Notes: generated by a model from the letters alone, not told the origin. Positions 37,180-47,046 are shown, numbered from the stretch's first letter. The stretch: 64,000 bases of DNA from an uncultured Rikenellaceae bacterium (GCA_963802145.1 CAWDHN010000005.1:188023-252022); one strand, 5' to 3'. Numbers and translations: made by a program.

Positions 37180-39077
37180 AACTTAAAGATAAAAGAGAGA
37201 CCGAGGAGCTCCTTGAACTGCAACATGGGAGCCTTCTTCTGTTTTCCGTCAGTACCGAGGACCGGTTCGCCGTCCTCAAAAACAGGCAGCATAGTGTCGT
37301 CATCATAAATGAGATGCACATTAAGCCTCAGGTCAGTGAACCAGTTGAGGCTGGTGGTGGCAATCATCTCCCACTCCACATCAACATTCTGAGGATTTGA
37401 AAGGAAGTTGCTGAACAACTGTATCCTGTTGACCATATTCACCTTCTCAAACAGCACAAGCCTGCTGTTAAGTGTCAGGTAGGCTCCAAGTTCGTTCTTC
37501 GACGTTTTATCGGCCGCAATACCGTACTTCGTCTGATTGATATTGGCAGTGTCAGGCACAAAGGTTCCCTTGTACGATAACGGCGAAAAGCTGATGGAGG
37601 TGTTCTTGTCAGGCTTGTATTCAAGGCCGTAGCCAAAGAGAAAGGTAGCAGGGTTGAAGAACTTCGAGACTTTAACCGAATCATTGGGGTAGTTGTACCC
37701 GGGCAGGAACTGTGTCTTGAACTGGAAGATGCCGGAGAGGTCAAATTTACCGAAAGCCTTGTGGTTGACTTTTGAGTTTATCTCCAGAATATCAAGGTTT
37801 TTCCTGATATAGCTCTGGCCTCCTGACGCCTGCAGGCCAAGGGCAAACCTGCCCCAGGTGGAGGAATTGACTTTTGTGGCCTTGTTATTGTAATTCATGG
37901 CGGAGGTAATGTCAAGGACCGATGAAATGTTGTTCTCTCCTCCTTTTGCCCAGTTCGATACCACCCCCTGGGAAAGCAGGTAGGAAATATCAGTCCTGAA
38001 CTTCCAGTAATCAGGTTTGATCTTGCTCAGGGCCACCCTCCGGAGCTCCTCTTCCTGCGCCGTGGTGACGTTCACACGTGTATCCACATAGGTGTCGTGC
38101 CATAGTTGCTTTTTAAACAACACCCCCGCTTCGGCTCTCAGCGAAACGGCGTTTCTCCCGGGACTGCCGAGCCAGACGGTCACCGAATCACCTTCACCGT
38201 CAGGCAGCCAGAACCTGACAAGATTGTCGGACAGGCTGTTGAGCCACATGTCGGTGCCCCTGCCGGTCTCCCCGGTGAACCTTAAAAGAGTGGAGTCGCG
38301 GGTCTCAAGATACCCTATAAGCGAGCTGACGGCTGCCTCAAGCGAGTCGGCCACATATGGATTCCTCAGATACCGGAAGGGGAAATCACTCCGGTTCAGT
38401 GATGCCTCGGGCAGAGTGTCGGTTATCACCAGCACTATCGTGTCATTGGTATGGTGCGGCAGCTGTGCCGGGATAAAATCCTTCATCAGGATGTAAACTG
38501 AATCATTTAGCCTCAGCGTGTCATTGTGCGTGACCGGCTTCGAATCTGCCGACAGTTTGACCTTTTGCAGATTCTTCCCGGCCTCGATGAACATCTCCCC
38601 TGCCCCGTCAATTACGGCAGCGCTGTCAGTGGAGGAGGAGTCAGGCTGGATGACCGGGAGGATAATCCGGATGGAATCGAACAGATAATATTTTTCAACG
38701 GGCACCCTGATATTGTCAAAGCCATACCCTGAAAGGTAACTCATAAGGGAGTCAGCAGGGGGCCTCGAAGCAATCCAGATCAGGTTCCTGATTGCCTCGC
38801 GCAGAGGATCATTGTTCTTCTTCCACATCGGGGCCGAGGAATAGATCTTTTCAAGAAACCTAAGTGAGGCATCCCGGTCAAGGTGTATATCCTGGGGGCC
38901 GCCGATGGCCGGCACCGGCGTTCCCCTGACCGGTTTCAGGTAAGATGCCGTGGCCTCAAGGGTGTCAGCAGCCACTACCGGCAAGGTCACCGGTGCGTCA
39001 ACAACCTGTGCCTCGAGAATCAGGCCTGCAGACATGCAAAGAAAGAACAGAAGAATCTTTATGGTTCTCAATCTCAT
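37176..39077 (-). CDS. Secreted DUF3078-domain outer-membrane protein
   Basis: Signal peptide. The C-terminal region has SNWAKGGEN, QFKTQFLPGY, FFNPA and LFSNFL..PQNVDVEWE, as recalled for DUF3078. Confidence 0.75.
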   Translation of the reverse strand: MRLRTIKILLFFLCMSAGLILEAQVVDAPVTLPVVAADTLEATASYLKPVRGTPVPAIGGPQDIHLDRDASLRFLEKIYSSAPMWKKNNDPLREAIRNLIWIASRPPADSLMSYLSGYGFDNIRVPVEKYYLFDSIRIILPVIQPDSSSTDSAAVIDGAGEMFIEAGKNLQKVKLSADSKPVTHNDTLRLNDSVYILMKDFIPAQLPHHTNDTIVLVITDTLPEASLNRSDFPFRYLRNPYVADSLEAAVSSLIGYLETRDSTLLRFTGETGRGTDMWLNSLSDNLVRFWLPDGEGDSVTVWLGSPGRNAVSLRAEAGVLFKKQLWHDTYVDTRVNVTTAQEEELRRVALSKIKPDYWKFRTDISYLLSQGVVSNWAKGGENNISSVLDITSAMNYNNKATKVNSSTWGRFALGLQASGGQSYIRKNLDILEINSKVNHKAFGKFDLSGIFQFKTQFLPGYNYPNDSVKVSKFFNPATFLFGYGLEYKPDKNTSISFSPLSYKGTFVPDTANINQTKYGIAADKTSKNELGAYLTLNSRLVLFEKVNMVNRIQLFSNFLSNPQNVDVEWEMIATTSLNWFTDLRLNVHLIYDDDTMLPVFEDGEPVLGTDGKQKKAPMLQFKELLGLSFIFKF

Positions 39078-39124
39078 TTCTTAATGTTTAAACAATTCCG
39101 GATTGTACCCCAAACATAAAAAGT

Positions 39125-39132
39125 TATCTTTG
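39125..39132 (+). promoter_or_regulatory. Bacteroidota -7 element (TATCTTTG) upstream of tnaA
   Basis: Exact match, implying a leader of about 190 nt. Confidence 0.5.
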
Positions 39133-39291
39133 TAAAAATAGCCTATTCGGATGATTTTTCATTTTCAAACGGTAATAAACCGGAAGCTGATATACATGAA
39201 CATCAAGAACAGGGACGCATTCTGAACCCCGGGGGTTGCATATCTTCATGCCCTTTCACCCCCTCCCCCCTCACAACTGTTAAATATTCTT

Positions 39292-39322
39292 AATCGAAAA
39301 TCGCAAATCGAAAATCGCAAAT
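39292..39322. repeat. Heptamer run (AAATCGA/AAATCGC) directly before the tnaA start
   Basis: AATCGAAAATCGCAAATCGAAAATCGCAAAT followed by ATT-ATG. Confidence 0.8.
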
Positions 39323-39325
39323 ATT

Positions 39326-40705
39326 ATGACTTTGCCATACTGTGAACCCTTCAAGATAAAGATGGTTGAATCTGTCCGTCAGAGCACCCTCGCCGAGCGT
39401 CAGGAGTGGATAAAAACAGCTTCATACAATCTCTTTAACCTGCGTTCAGAGCAGGTATTCATTGACCTCCTCACCGACTCCGGCACCGGGGCGATGAGTG
39501 ACAGGCAATGGGGTGCCATCATGACCGGCGATGAAAGCTATGCCGGAGCATCATCATACTTTAACCTGAAGGAAGCCATCAGGGATATCACCGGATTTGA
39601 ATATTTCCTCCCCACGCACCAGGGCAGGGCTGCGGAGAATGTTCTCTTCTCCGTGCTTGTCAGGGAGGGTGACGTCATCCCCGGTAACGCCCACTTCGAC
39701 ACCACCAAGGGGCACATTGAGTTCCGCAAGGCCAGGGCGGTCGACTGTACAGTATCATACGCGATGGATCTGAGCAACCTCGATCCCTTCAAGGGCAATG
39801 TCGATCATGAGAGGCTTGAGCAGGTGCTGAAAGAGACGCCCCGTGAGAAGCTGGGGTGCATAATAATGACCGTCACCAACAATACGGCAGGCGGGCAGCC
39901 TGTCAGCATGGCTAACCTGCGGGGCGTAAGGCAGCTGGCCGACAGGTACGGCGTGCCTGTGATAATAGACTCTGCACGCTTTGCGGAAAACGCTTATTTC
40001 ATTAAGACACGCGAAGAGGGATACGCAGACAGGAGCATAAGGGAAATTGCCCGCGAGATGTTCTCCTATGCCGACGGCATGACAATGAGCTCCAAGAAGG
40101 ACGCCATCGTCAACATAGGAGGGTTCATCGGGTTCAGGGACAAGGAGCTGTTTCGCAAGGCTTCGACCTTCAACATCATGTTCGAGGGGTTCGTCACCTA
40201 CGGAGGGATGGCGGGGCGTGACATGAACGCCCTCGCACAGGGTCTCTGCGAAGGTACTGAGTTCGACTATCTGGAGTCGCGCATCCGGCAGGTGGCGAGG
40301 CTGGGTGAAAAGATCAGGGCTGCAGGCGTGCCTGTGCAGGTACCCTTTGGCGGACATGCCATCTTCATCGATGCCGGAAAATTCCTTTCGCAGGTCCCAA
40401 CCGCGGAATTCCCTGCCCAGAGACTGGCGGTGGAGCTGTACCTTGAAGGAGGCGTCCGGGGCACTGAGATAGGTACACTGATGGCTGACCGCGATCCTGT
40501 CACACGCATGAACAGGCACCCTGAGCTGGAACTGGTCCGCCTGGCCATACCAAGGAGGGTATATACAGACAACCACATCGATTACGTGGCCGCGGCGGTA
40601 TGCAACGTATGGGACAGACGGCACCAGATCACAAGGGGACTGGCCATCAGATGGGAAGCTCCGATAATGAGGCACTTCACCGTGGAGCTCGACCTTCTCT
40701 CCTGA
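39326..40705 (+). CDS. tnaA: Tryptophanase (beta-eliminating lyase; tyrosine phenol-lyase not excluded)
   Basis: EPFKIKMVE, IDLLTDSGT, THQGRAAE, HFDTT, PLP lysine MSSKKD and ELVRLAIPRRVY. It resembles Bacteroidales tryptophanases as recalled. Confidence 0.82.
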   Translation: MTLPYCEPFKIKMVESVRQSTLAERQEWIKTASYNLFNLRSEQVFIDLLTDSGTGAMSDRQWGAIMTGDESYAGASSYFNLKEAIRDITGFEYFLPTHQGRAAENVLFSVLVREGDVIPGNAHFDTTKGHIEFRKARAVDCTVSYAMDLSNLDPFKGNVDHERLEQVLKETPREKLGCIIMTVTNNTAGGQPVSMANLRGVRQLADRYGVPVIIDSARFAENAYFIKTREEGYADRSIREIAREMFSYADGMTMSSKKDAIVNIGGFIGFRDKELFRKASTFNIMFEGFVTYGGMAGRDMNALAQGLCEGTEFDYLESRIRQVARLGEKIRAAGVPVQVPFGGHAIFIDAGKFLSQVPTAEFPAQRLAVELYLEGGVRGTEIGTLMADRDPVTRMNRHPELELVRLAIPRRVYTDNHIDYVAAAVCNVWDRRHQITRGLAIRWEAPIMRHFTVELDLLS

Positions 40706-40716
40706 CATAAAAAACC

Positions 40717-40724
40717 TATCTTTG
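40717..40724 (+). promoter_or_regulatory. Bacteroidota -7 element (TATCTTTG) for yicC-gmk-nadD
   Basis: Exact match 22 nt upstream of the ATG. Confidence 0.55.
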
Positions 40725-40746
40725 CCATTGGCATAACTGAATCACA

Positions 40747-41622
40747 ATGATTAGATCAATGACCGGCTATGGCAAAGCCATGCTGGAGACACCCCACCGT
40801 AAGATCACTGTTGAAGTCAAATCGCTCAACAGCAAACAGGCAGATATCAATACGAAGATGCCATGGATCTATAAGGAGAAGGAACTGGAGATAAGAAACA
40901 TGGTCATCAGAAGGCTGGAGAGAGGCAAGATCGATCTGATGATCTCCTTTGACGCCATGGGTGACGAACCTGCTCCGGTGATAAGCAAAAGTATCGTGAG
41001 GGACTACTACAATCAGCTCAGGGAGATAAGTAACGAGCTGGGCATCAAAAGTGACAGTGAGCTGCTGGGAATTGTTATGCGGCTGCCCGAGACTCTCAGG
41101 ACCGAGAGGCCGGAGCTGACGGAGGAGGAATGGAGCAGGGTTTCAAAGCTTATTGACGATGCCCTTTCAATGACCGACCTGTACCGCCTGGAGGAGGGCA
41201 GGGCAATGGAGGCCGACCTTACCAAGTCAGTAGCCGGCATCCAGCGATACCTTGAGAACATCAGCAGCGTCGAAGGCGACCGTCTGACGCGCATGCGCGA
41301 CAAGCTTACAGCATCACTCAAGGAGACCGTCGGAACGGAAAACATCGACCAGAACCGCTTTGAGCAGGAACTGATCTTCTACCTCGAAAAGCTTGACATC
41401 AATGAGGAAAAGGTGCGCCTGAAGAAACACTGCGACTACTTCATAGAGACAATGAACGGCAGCGGTCAGAACGGCAAGATGCTCAACTTCATCTCGCAGG
41501 AGATGGGACGCGAGATAAACACTATCGGTTCGAAAGCCAATGACGCCTCGATGCAGAAGATGGTGGTGATGATGAAAGACGAGCTGGAAAGGATAAAGGA
41601 ACTGTCACTGAATGTGCTTTAA
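40747..41622 (+). CDS. yicC: YicC/YloC-family endoribonuclease
   Basis: MIRSMTGYG, KSLNSK, KLDINEE and LNFISQEMGREINTIGSK; lies upstream of gmk. Confidence 0.93.
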   Translation: MIRSMTGYGKAMLETPHRKITVEVKSLNSKQADINTKMPWIYKEKELEIRNMVIRRLERGKIDLMISFDAMGDEPAPVISKSIVRDYYNQLREISNELGIKSDSELLGIVMRLPETLRTERPELTEEEWSRVSKLIDDALSMTDLYRLEEGRAMEADLTKSVAGIQRYLENISSVEGDRLTRMRDKLTASLKETVGTENIDQNRFEQELIFYLEKLDINEEKVRLKKHCDYFIETMNGSGQNGKMLNFISQEMGREINTIGSKANDASMQKMVVMMKDELERIKELSLNVL

Positions 41623-41626
41623 ACCC

Positions 41627-42208
41627 ATGAAGAGAAGGACGGACACGAGAGTACTGATCATTTCCGCTCCCTCCGGAGCCGGCAAATCAACTCTTGTCAA
41701 CCATCTTCTCAGTGCCGGCCTCCCCCTCCTCTTCTCGGTGTCGGCAACCAGCCGGAGACCGAGAGGTTGCGAGACCGATGGCAGGGAATACTATTTCATA
41801 ACGTCGGCAGAGTTCAGGAAGAGGATAAGGAAGGGGGAATTCATAGAATGGCAGGAGGTGTACAAGGATCATTATTACGGCACTCTCAGTAGCGAGATTG
41901 AACGGATCACCGGGGAAGGAAAGACACCTCTCTTTGATGTTGACGTGCAGGGCGGCATTAACCTGAAGAAGATCTTCGGCGAAAAGGCACTGGCCATCTT
42001 CATCATGCCTCCCTCGGTGGAGGAATTGCGGGCAAGGCTGGTGAAGCGCGGAACCGACTCGCCGGAAAAGATCGAAATGAGGGTGGAGAAGGCAGCTTCA
42101 GAGATCCTGCTGGCCGACAGGTTTGACCGCGTGATTGTGAATGACGATTTGGAGAGGGCCTGCAGCGAGATAATGACTGAGGTTACGGGTTTCATTAAGC
42201 AAGGGTGA
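41627..42208 (+). CDS. gmk: Guanylate kinase
   Basis: SAPSGAGKST, SATSRRPR.CE.DGREYYF, YYGT and VIVNDDL. Confidence 0.95.
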   Translation: MKRRTDTRVLIISAPSGAGKSTLVNHLLSAGLPLLFSVSATSRRPRGCETDGREYYFITSAEFRKRIRKGEFIEWQEVYKDHYYGTLSSEIERITGEGKTPLFDVDVQGGINLKKIFGEKALAIFIMPPSVEELRARLVKRGTDSPEKIEMRVEKAASEILLADRFDRVIVNDDLERACSEIMTEVTGFIKQG

Positions 42209-42798
42209 TGGAGACAGGACTCTTTTTCGGATCATTCAACCCGGTGCACATAGGGCATATGGCAATTGCCAATTATATTGCCGAATACTCCGCACTGAAG
42301 GAGATATGGTTTGTTGTCAGTCCTCATAACCCGCTTAAAACCAAGGAGTCGCTCTTAAAGGACCGCGACAGGCTTTACATGACTGAGCTTGCCATAGGAG
42401 ATGATCCGCGGTTCAGGGTATCGGATGTTGAGTTCACACTGCCGCAGCCCTCATACACGATTGACACGCTGGCCTGGCTGACTGAAAAGCACCCTTCGCG
42501 CCGCTTCACGCTGATCATGGGCGAGGATAACCTGACCACGCTTCACAAGTGGAAGAACGCCGAATTACTGGTGAAGCAATACCCGATTGTAGTTTATCCG
42601 CGTCTCTACCCGGGCAGCAGCAGCAGCAAGAGACTTCATGAGATTTTAGCGCAGGCATCGGTTCAGATGATCGAAGCACCGGTGATGGAGATCTCCGGCA
42701 CATTCATCCGCGGTGCGATAAAAGAGGGAAAGGATGTCTCGTGGTTTGTACCGGCACCCACCTGGCGGTACATACGGGAGATGCACTTCTATGAATAA
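42208..42798 (+). CDS. nadD: Nicotinate-nucleotide adenylyltransferase
   Basis: FGSFNPVHIGH, VVSPHNP, PSYTIDTL, IMGEDN and ISGTFIR. Confidence 0.95.
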   Translation: METGLFFGSFNPVHIGHMAIANYIAEYSALKEIWFVVSPHNPLKTKESLLKDRDRLYMTELAIGDDPRFRVSDVEFTLPQPSYTIDTLAWLTEKHPSRRFTLIMGEDNLTTLHKWKNAELLVKQYPIVVYPRLYPGSSSSKRLHEILAQASVQMIEAPVMEISGTFIRGAIKEGKDVSWFVPAPTWRYIREMHFYE

Positions 42799-42880
42799 TT
42801 TGCGATGTGCGATTGTCGATTGTCGATTTAAAGGCCTCCTCAATCGCAAATCGCAAATCGCAAATCGCAAATCGCAAATC
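42799..42880. repeat. Inverted heptamer arrays forming a long imperfect hairpin between the convergent nadD and oxidoreductase genes
   Basis: The left arm TTTGCGA-type x4 (42799-42829) faces the right arm AAATCGC x5-6 (42842-42880). Confidence 0.85.
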
Positions 42881-43424
42881 AAGAGACTTGTTTAATCAAA
42901 TCCATCCCCCTGTTGATCGCTTCCTCATTCATGGGAATAAGATGATGGTAGCGGTCAGGGAGTGATTTTTTAAGTCCCTTTATAACATATTCGGTCTTGA
43001 GTATGGGTTTGACCTTCATGAAGCCGCCCATGACAAACATATTGAAGACCTTCTGCATCTTCATTTTCGAAGCCTCTTCAGCCGCATCTATACGGTAGAT
43101 GGTAATGTCCTTCCTCTCCGGGTGCCTTGTTATTCCGTTGCCGTCATAAATAAGCGTGCCTCCGGGCTTGACGGAATGCTCGAACTTGTCCATGCTCTGC
43201 TGGTTCAGGATGATGGCCGTATCAAAGCTCCTCAGGATGGGCGAGCTGATCCTCTCGTCGCTGAGTATAACATTCACGTTTGCTGTTCCGCCTCTCATCT
43301 CAGGACCGTATGAAGGCATCCAGCTAACCTCCATCTCCTGCATCATTCCTGAATAGGCCATTATCTTACCCATTGAGAGCACGCCCTGTCCGCCGAAGCC
43401 TGCTATAATTATCTCTTCTGTCAT
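42879..43424 (-). CDS. 2-oxoacid:ferredoxin oxidoreductase gamma subunit
   Basis: IAGFGGQGVL, PSYGPEMRGGTA and N..A...G. Confidence 0.93.
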   Translation of the reverse strand: MTEEIIIAGFGGQGVLSMGKIMAYSGMMQEMEVSWMPSYGPEMRGGTANVNVILSDERISSPILRSFDTAIILNQQSMDKFEHSVKPGGTLIYDGNGITRHPERKDITIYRIDAAEEASKMKMQKVFNMFVMGGFMKVKPILKTEYVIKGLKKSLPDRYHHLIPMNEEAINRGMDLIKQVS

Positions 43425-43464
43425 GATCTAACGCATTAATTAAAAATCATTTGTGCCATTTCGC

Positions 43465-43486
43465 GAGGGCGCAGCACGCTGCGTCT
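43465..43486. repeat. REP-like palindrome inside the oxidoreductase operon
   Basis: The minus strand reads GAGACGCAGCGTGCTGCGCCCTC, a stem-loop. Single copy in the window. Confidence 0.45.
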
Positions 43487-43495
43487 CCCCTTTAA

Positions 43496-44275
43496 TTATT
43501 TTTCGGCCGGAACCTTTATGTCGCCGAGGGGATAGAACGGGAACATGTTCTCCTCCATCCACTTGTTTGATTCCACCGGTGTCATCTTCCATCCCGAGGG
43601 GCAGTTTGAGACCACCTCGATGAAGCAGGTGCCTCTCTTCTCGTTCTGGTACTGTACTGCTTTTTTAAGGGCTCTCTTCAGCTTTCTCGCTCCTCCGGCG
43701 GTGTTGACGCTCTGGCGCGTGACATAGCAGGTACCGGGCAGCAATGCTACGATGTCGGCCATCTTGATGGGGGAACCCATTGAAGAAATATCGCGGCCGT
43801 AGGGTGATGTTGATGATTTCATCCCTTCGAGTGTTGTCGGTGCCATCTGTCCGCCGGTCATGCCGTAGATACCGTTATTGACGAACAGGATGAGGATATT
43901 TTCTCCCCTGTTGCATGTGTGAATGGTCTCTGCCGTTCCGATGGCAGCCAGGTCACCGTCGCCCTGATATGTAAATACGAACTTGTCGGGCATGAGCCTT
44001 TTGACAGCGGTGGCCAGTGCAGGAGCCCTTCCGTGAGCAGCCTCCTGGAAGTCGATATCAATATAGTTGTACATCAGCACTGAGCAGCCGACAGGGGTGA
44101 TGCCTACGGTTCTTTCCTGCAGGTTCTCCTCCTCCAGCACCTCTGCCAGCACCTGGTGAGCAGTTCCGTGTCCACAGCCCGGGCAGTAGTGCATGACATT
44201 GTCCGTCATCAGCTTAGACCTGGTATAAGCCAGGTTCTCCGGCTTAATTATATCATTGAATGTAATCTCTGCCAT
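43496..44275 (-). CDS. 2-oxoacid:ferredoxin oxidoreductase beta (TPP-binding) subunit
   Basis: YCPGCGHG, PVGC, HGRA, TPP motif QGDGDLAAIG...NN.IYGMTGGQ and CPSGW. Confidence 0.93.
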   Translation of the reverse strand: MAEITFNDIIKPENLAYTRSKLMTDNVMHYCPGCGHGTAHQVLAEVLEEENLQERTVGITPVGCSVLMYNYIDIDFQEAAHGRAPALATAVKRLMPDKFVFTYQGDGDLAAIGTAETIHTCNRGENILILFVNNGIYGMTGGQMAPTTLEGMKSSTSPYGRDISSMGSPIKMADIVALLPGTCYVTRQSVNTAGGARKLKRALKKAVQYQNEKRGTCFIEVVSNCPSGWKMTPVESNKWMEENMFPFYPLGDIKVPAEK

Positions 44276-44280
44276 CTCTC

Positions 44281-45348
44281 TTATCCTTTAATAAATGACT
44301 TCATGTTTTCAAGCACCTCTTCGGGGGTGGGTATCATGCCGCCCATCCTTCCGTAGTGGCTGACACGTGTTTTCCCGTTTACCGAGAGCATCACGTCCTC
44401 CACCATCTGTCCGGCGCTCATCTCCACTGCAAGCATGCCTTTCACTTTGTCAGCCAGCTCGTTCAGTCTTTTCGTCGGATAGGGAAAAAGTGTTATCGGC
44501 CTCAGCAACCCGGCCTTGATTCCCTCAGCCCTTGCCAGTTGCAGTGCCTTCTGGCAAATTCTTGCGCTGGTGCCGTAGGCGACGAAGAGGTATTCGGCGT
44601 CATCGGTCATGAACTCCTCGAAACGCACCTCATTCTCCTTCATCTCGCGGTACTTGGCGATAAGTTTGAGGTTGAACTTCTCCTGGCGCTCTGAATCGAG
44701 GTCCAGCGATGTGATGATATTTCTCGGGCGGGAGGCCGGTTTACCTGTAGTTGCCCATGGAAGAATCTCTTCCGATCTCTTCTTCTGAGGCTTAAGCCAG
44801 ACTTTTTCCATCATCTGCCCGATAGCGCCGTCAGAAAGGATCATAACAGGATTCCTGTATTTGAATGCCAGGTCGAAGCCCAGCTCCACGAAGTCAGCCA
44901 TCTCCTGAACTGATGCAGGTGCCAGGACAAGAAGGTGGTAGTCGCCGTGTCCGCCTCCCTTGGTAGCCTGAAAATAGTCGCTCTGTGCCGGTTGGATGGT
45001 GCCGAGGCCAGGACCGCCGCGGACCACGTTGACGATAAGGCAGGGCAGCTCGGCACCTGCTATATATGTTATTCCCTCCTGCTTGAGGCTTATTCCCGGT
45101 GATGATGATGACGTCATTACCTTTTTGCCGCACCCTGCTCCGCCGTAAACCATGTTTATGGCAGCAACCTCGCTCTCTGCCTGCAGCACCACCATCCCGG
45201 TGGTTGCCTCGGGATTGGCCTCCATAAGATATTCAAGTATCTCGCTCTGCGGAGTGATGGGATACCCGAAATAACCATCGGCACCGGCGCGTATCGCCGC
45301 CTCGGCGATAGCTTCGTTGCCCTTCATCAGTCTCAGTTCCTTTTCCAT
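44281..45348 (-). CDS. vorB: 2-oxoacid:ferredoxin oxidoreductase alpha subunit (VorB-like)
   Basis: GNEAIAEAA, GYPITPQSE, QAESEVAA, SSSPGISLKQE and RGGPGLG.IQPAQ.DY. Confidence 0.9.
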   Translation of the reverse strand: MEKELRLMKGNEAIAEAAIRAGADGYFGYPITPQSEILEYLMEANPEATTGMVVLQAESEVAAINMVYGGAGCGKKVMTSSSSPGISLKQEGITYIAGAELPCLIVNVVRGGPGLGTIQPAQSDYFQATKGGGHGDYHLLVLAPASVQEMADFVELGFDLAFKYRNPVMILSDGAIGQMMEKVWLKPQKKRSEEILPWATTGKPASRPRNIITSLDLDSERQEKFNLKLIAKYREMKENEVRFEEFMTDDAEYLFVAYGTSARICQKALQLARAEGIKAGLLRPITLFPYPTKRLNELADKVKGMLAVEMSAGQMVEDVMLSVNGKTRVSHYGRMGGMIPTPEEVLENMKSFIKG

Positions 45349-45372
45349 TAAATTATTGTTTTCATATTCCTG

Positions 45373-45600
45373 TTATCCCACTTTTACCTTGTAAACGGTG
45401 ATAACGCCGTCAGGGCATACCACCGCGCAGTTGGAGCAACCGATACATGCATCGGGGTTAGCGGCGTAAGAGTAATGATACCCCTTGGCATTAACCTCAA
45501 CTGCCAGAGCCAGTGTCTCGGTAGGGCACGTCACCACGCACACCTCGCACCCCTTGCACTTCTCCCTGTCTATAACAACAGCACCTTTTATCTTAGCCAT
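45373..45600 (-). CDS. 2[4Fe-4S] ferredoxin-type delta subunit
   Basis: CKGCEVCVVTCP and CIGCSNCAVVCP; first gene of the four-subunit set. Confidence 0.93.
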   Translation of the reverse strand: MAKIKGAVVIDREKCKGCEVCVVTCPTETLALAVEVNAKGYHYSYAANPDACIGCSNCAVVCPDGVITVYKVKVG

Positions 45601-45636
45601 CTCTTTTGTATTTATACCGTGATAAAAATATATGAT

Positions 45637-46959
45637 TTACTCGATTGTGGGATTGTTTTCCCTGAATAGTTTCAGCCGCTCTTCCAGCAGCGGCAGCTGT
45701 TTTTTTCTTATCTGCGAGACGCAGGCCCTGAGTCCTTCATGCCTTTCGCTGCCACAGATGTTAAGCGTGATGGCAGCTATGCCATGAGCCATGAGCTCCT
45801 GCAGCAGCTCACCGCCGCTCATCCCGGGGTATGAAATCGTGAAATAAAAACCGTCAGCAACAGGCCTGTCAATGTCCATGTCATAGACTATCCTGAATCC
45901 GTTGCTGATAAACATCTCCTTCATTCTTGCCGCCTTCTCGCCATAGACCCGGGTGTTGTCCACAAAATTATACAAACCGTCGTTCACAGCCTTGAGAATG
46001 GCGGTGAATCCGTACTGGGCCGAATGGGCCACGCCGGAAGAGAGGGCATACAGAGCCCCGAAAATCATGGCCCTCCCGAAGATGTCGGTGGAATAATACC
46101 TGAGAAGGTCGGGATAACGGCGGTTGTAGAGGTGGTCAGACATCACCAGGAGTCCGATCCTCTGGCCTGCATAACTGAAAATCTTGGAGCTGGATATGAG
46201 CAGGATATAGTCATCGCAGTATCTGGCCACGGTGGGCTGGAACGGGGGCACCCCCGGAACGGAATAATTCTCCCGGAAATCCATCCCGAAATATGCCAGG
46301 TCCTCAATCACAATGGCATCGTATTTACGTGCCAGGGTCCCGATGGTGCGTAGCTCATCTTCCGTAAGGCATATCCATGAGGGGTTGTTGGGGTTGGAAT
46401 AGAGTATAGTTGAGACTTTTCCGCACTGCAGGATTGACTCAAGCTTGGGACCCATTTTATCTCCCCTGTAATTGTAAACATCAAACGACCGGTAATCCTG
46501 TCCCAGGATCCTGGTCTGCGTCTTCTGAACCGGGAATCCGGGGTCAATGAAGAGTGTCCCTTCCTTTGTCCTGTCATTCCTGTTGGCCACCATGAAGCTG
46601 GCCATCCCTCCCATCATTGCTCCGCCGGTTGGAACGCAGCAATCAGGCTGCACCTCAACGTCAAGGAAGTTCTTTACAAAGCGCGCTGCCTCGGTCTTCA
46701 TCTCCGGCAGCCCTTCTATGTCAGGATATTTTGATGCGACACCCTGTTTTAGCGCCTCTATCTCAGCTTTTATCCCGACCTCCGCCGACGGTAGTCCCGG
46801 CACACCCATCTCCATCCTGATGAATTCAACGCCGGTTTCCTTTACCAGGACATTTACCAGCTTGACTATCTCGCGTATGCTCGCATAACCCAGATCGGTG
46901 ATGCCGCTCGAAGTTATTGCCCTGCTTACTGTTTCACGATTTATGGGGGTATTTTTCAT
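45637..46959 (-). CDS. Class I/II PLP-dependent aminotransferase
   Basis: YSNPNNPSW, IEDLAY and PLP lysine SSSKIFSYAGQRIG. Start taken at MKNTP. Confidence 0.88.
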   Translation of the reverse strand: MKNTPINRETVSRAITSSGITDLGYASIREIVKLVNVLVKETGVEFIRMEMGVPGLPSAEVGIKAEIEALKQGVASKYPDIEGLPEMKTEAARFVKNFLDVEVQPDCCVPTGGAMMGGMASFMVANRNDRTKEGTLFIDPGFPVQKTQTRILGQDYRSFDVYNYRGDKMGPKLESILQCGKVSTILYSNPNNPSWICLTEDELRTIGTLARKYDAIVIEDLAYFGMDFRENYSVPGVPPFQPTVARYCDDYILLISSSKIFSYAGQRIGLLVMSDHLYNRRYPDLLRYYSTDIFGRAMIFGALYALSSGVAHSAQYGFTAILKAVNDGLYNFVDNTRVYGEKAARMKEMFISNGFRIVYDMDIDRPVADGFYFTISYPGMSGGELLQELMAHGIAAITLNICGSERHEGLRACVSQIRKKQLPLLEERLKLFRENNPTIE

Positions 46960-47046
46960 AAATTTTTCATTTAGAGCCCGCATCTGTGGCTCTAAGATAG
47001 AAATTTATAAGAGAACGATTGCTGCTATTTGTCATATTAAATAGGT

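Noticed and set aside
39755-40708. 317-aa antisense ORF over tnaA, and similar long antisense ORFs over purB, M14 and the histidine kinases
   Set aside because: They overlap well-supported genes completely, lack motifs, and are expected shadows of GC-rich codon usage.
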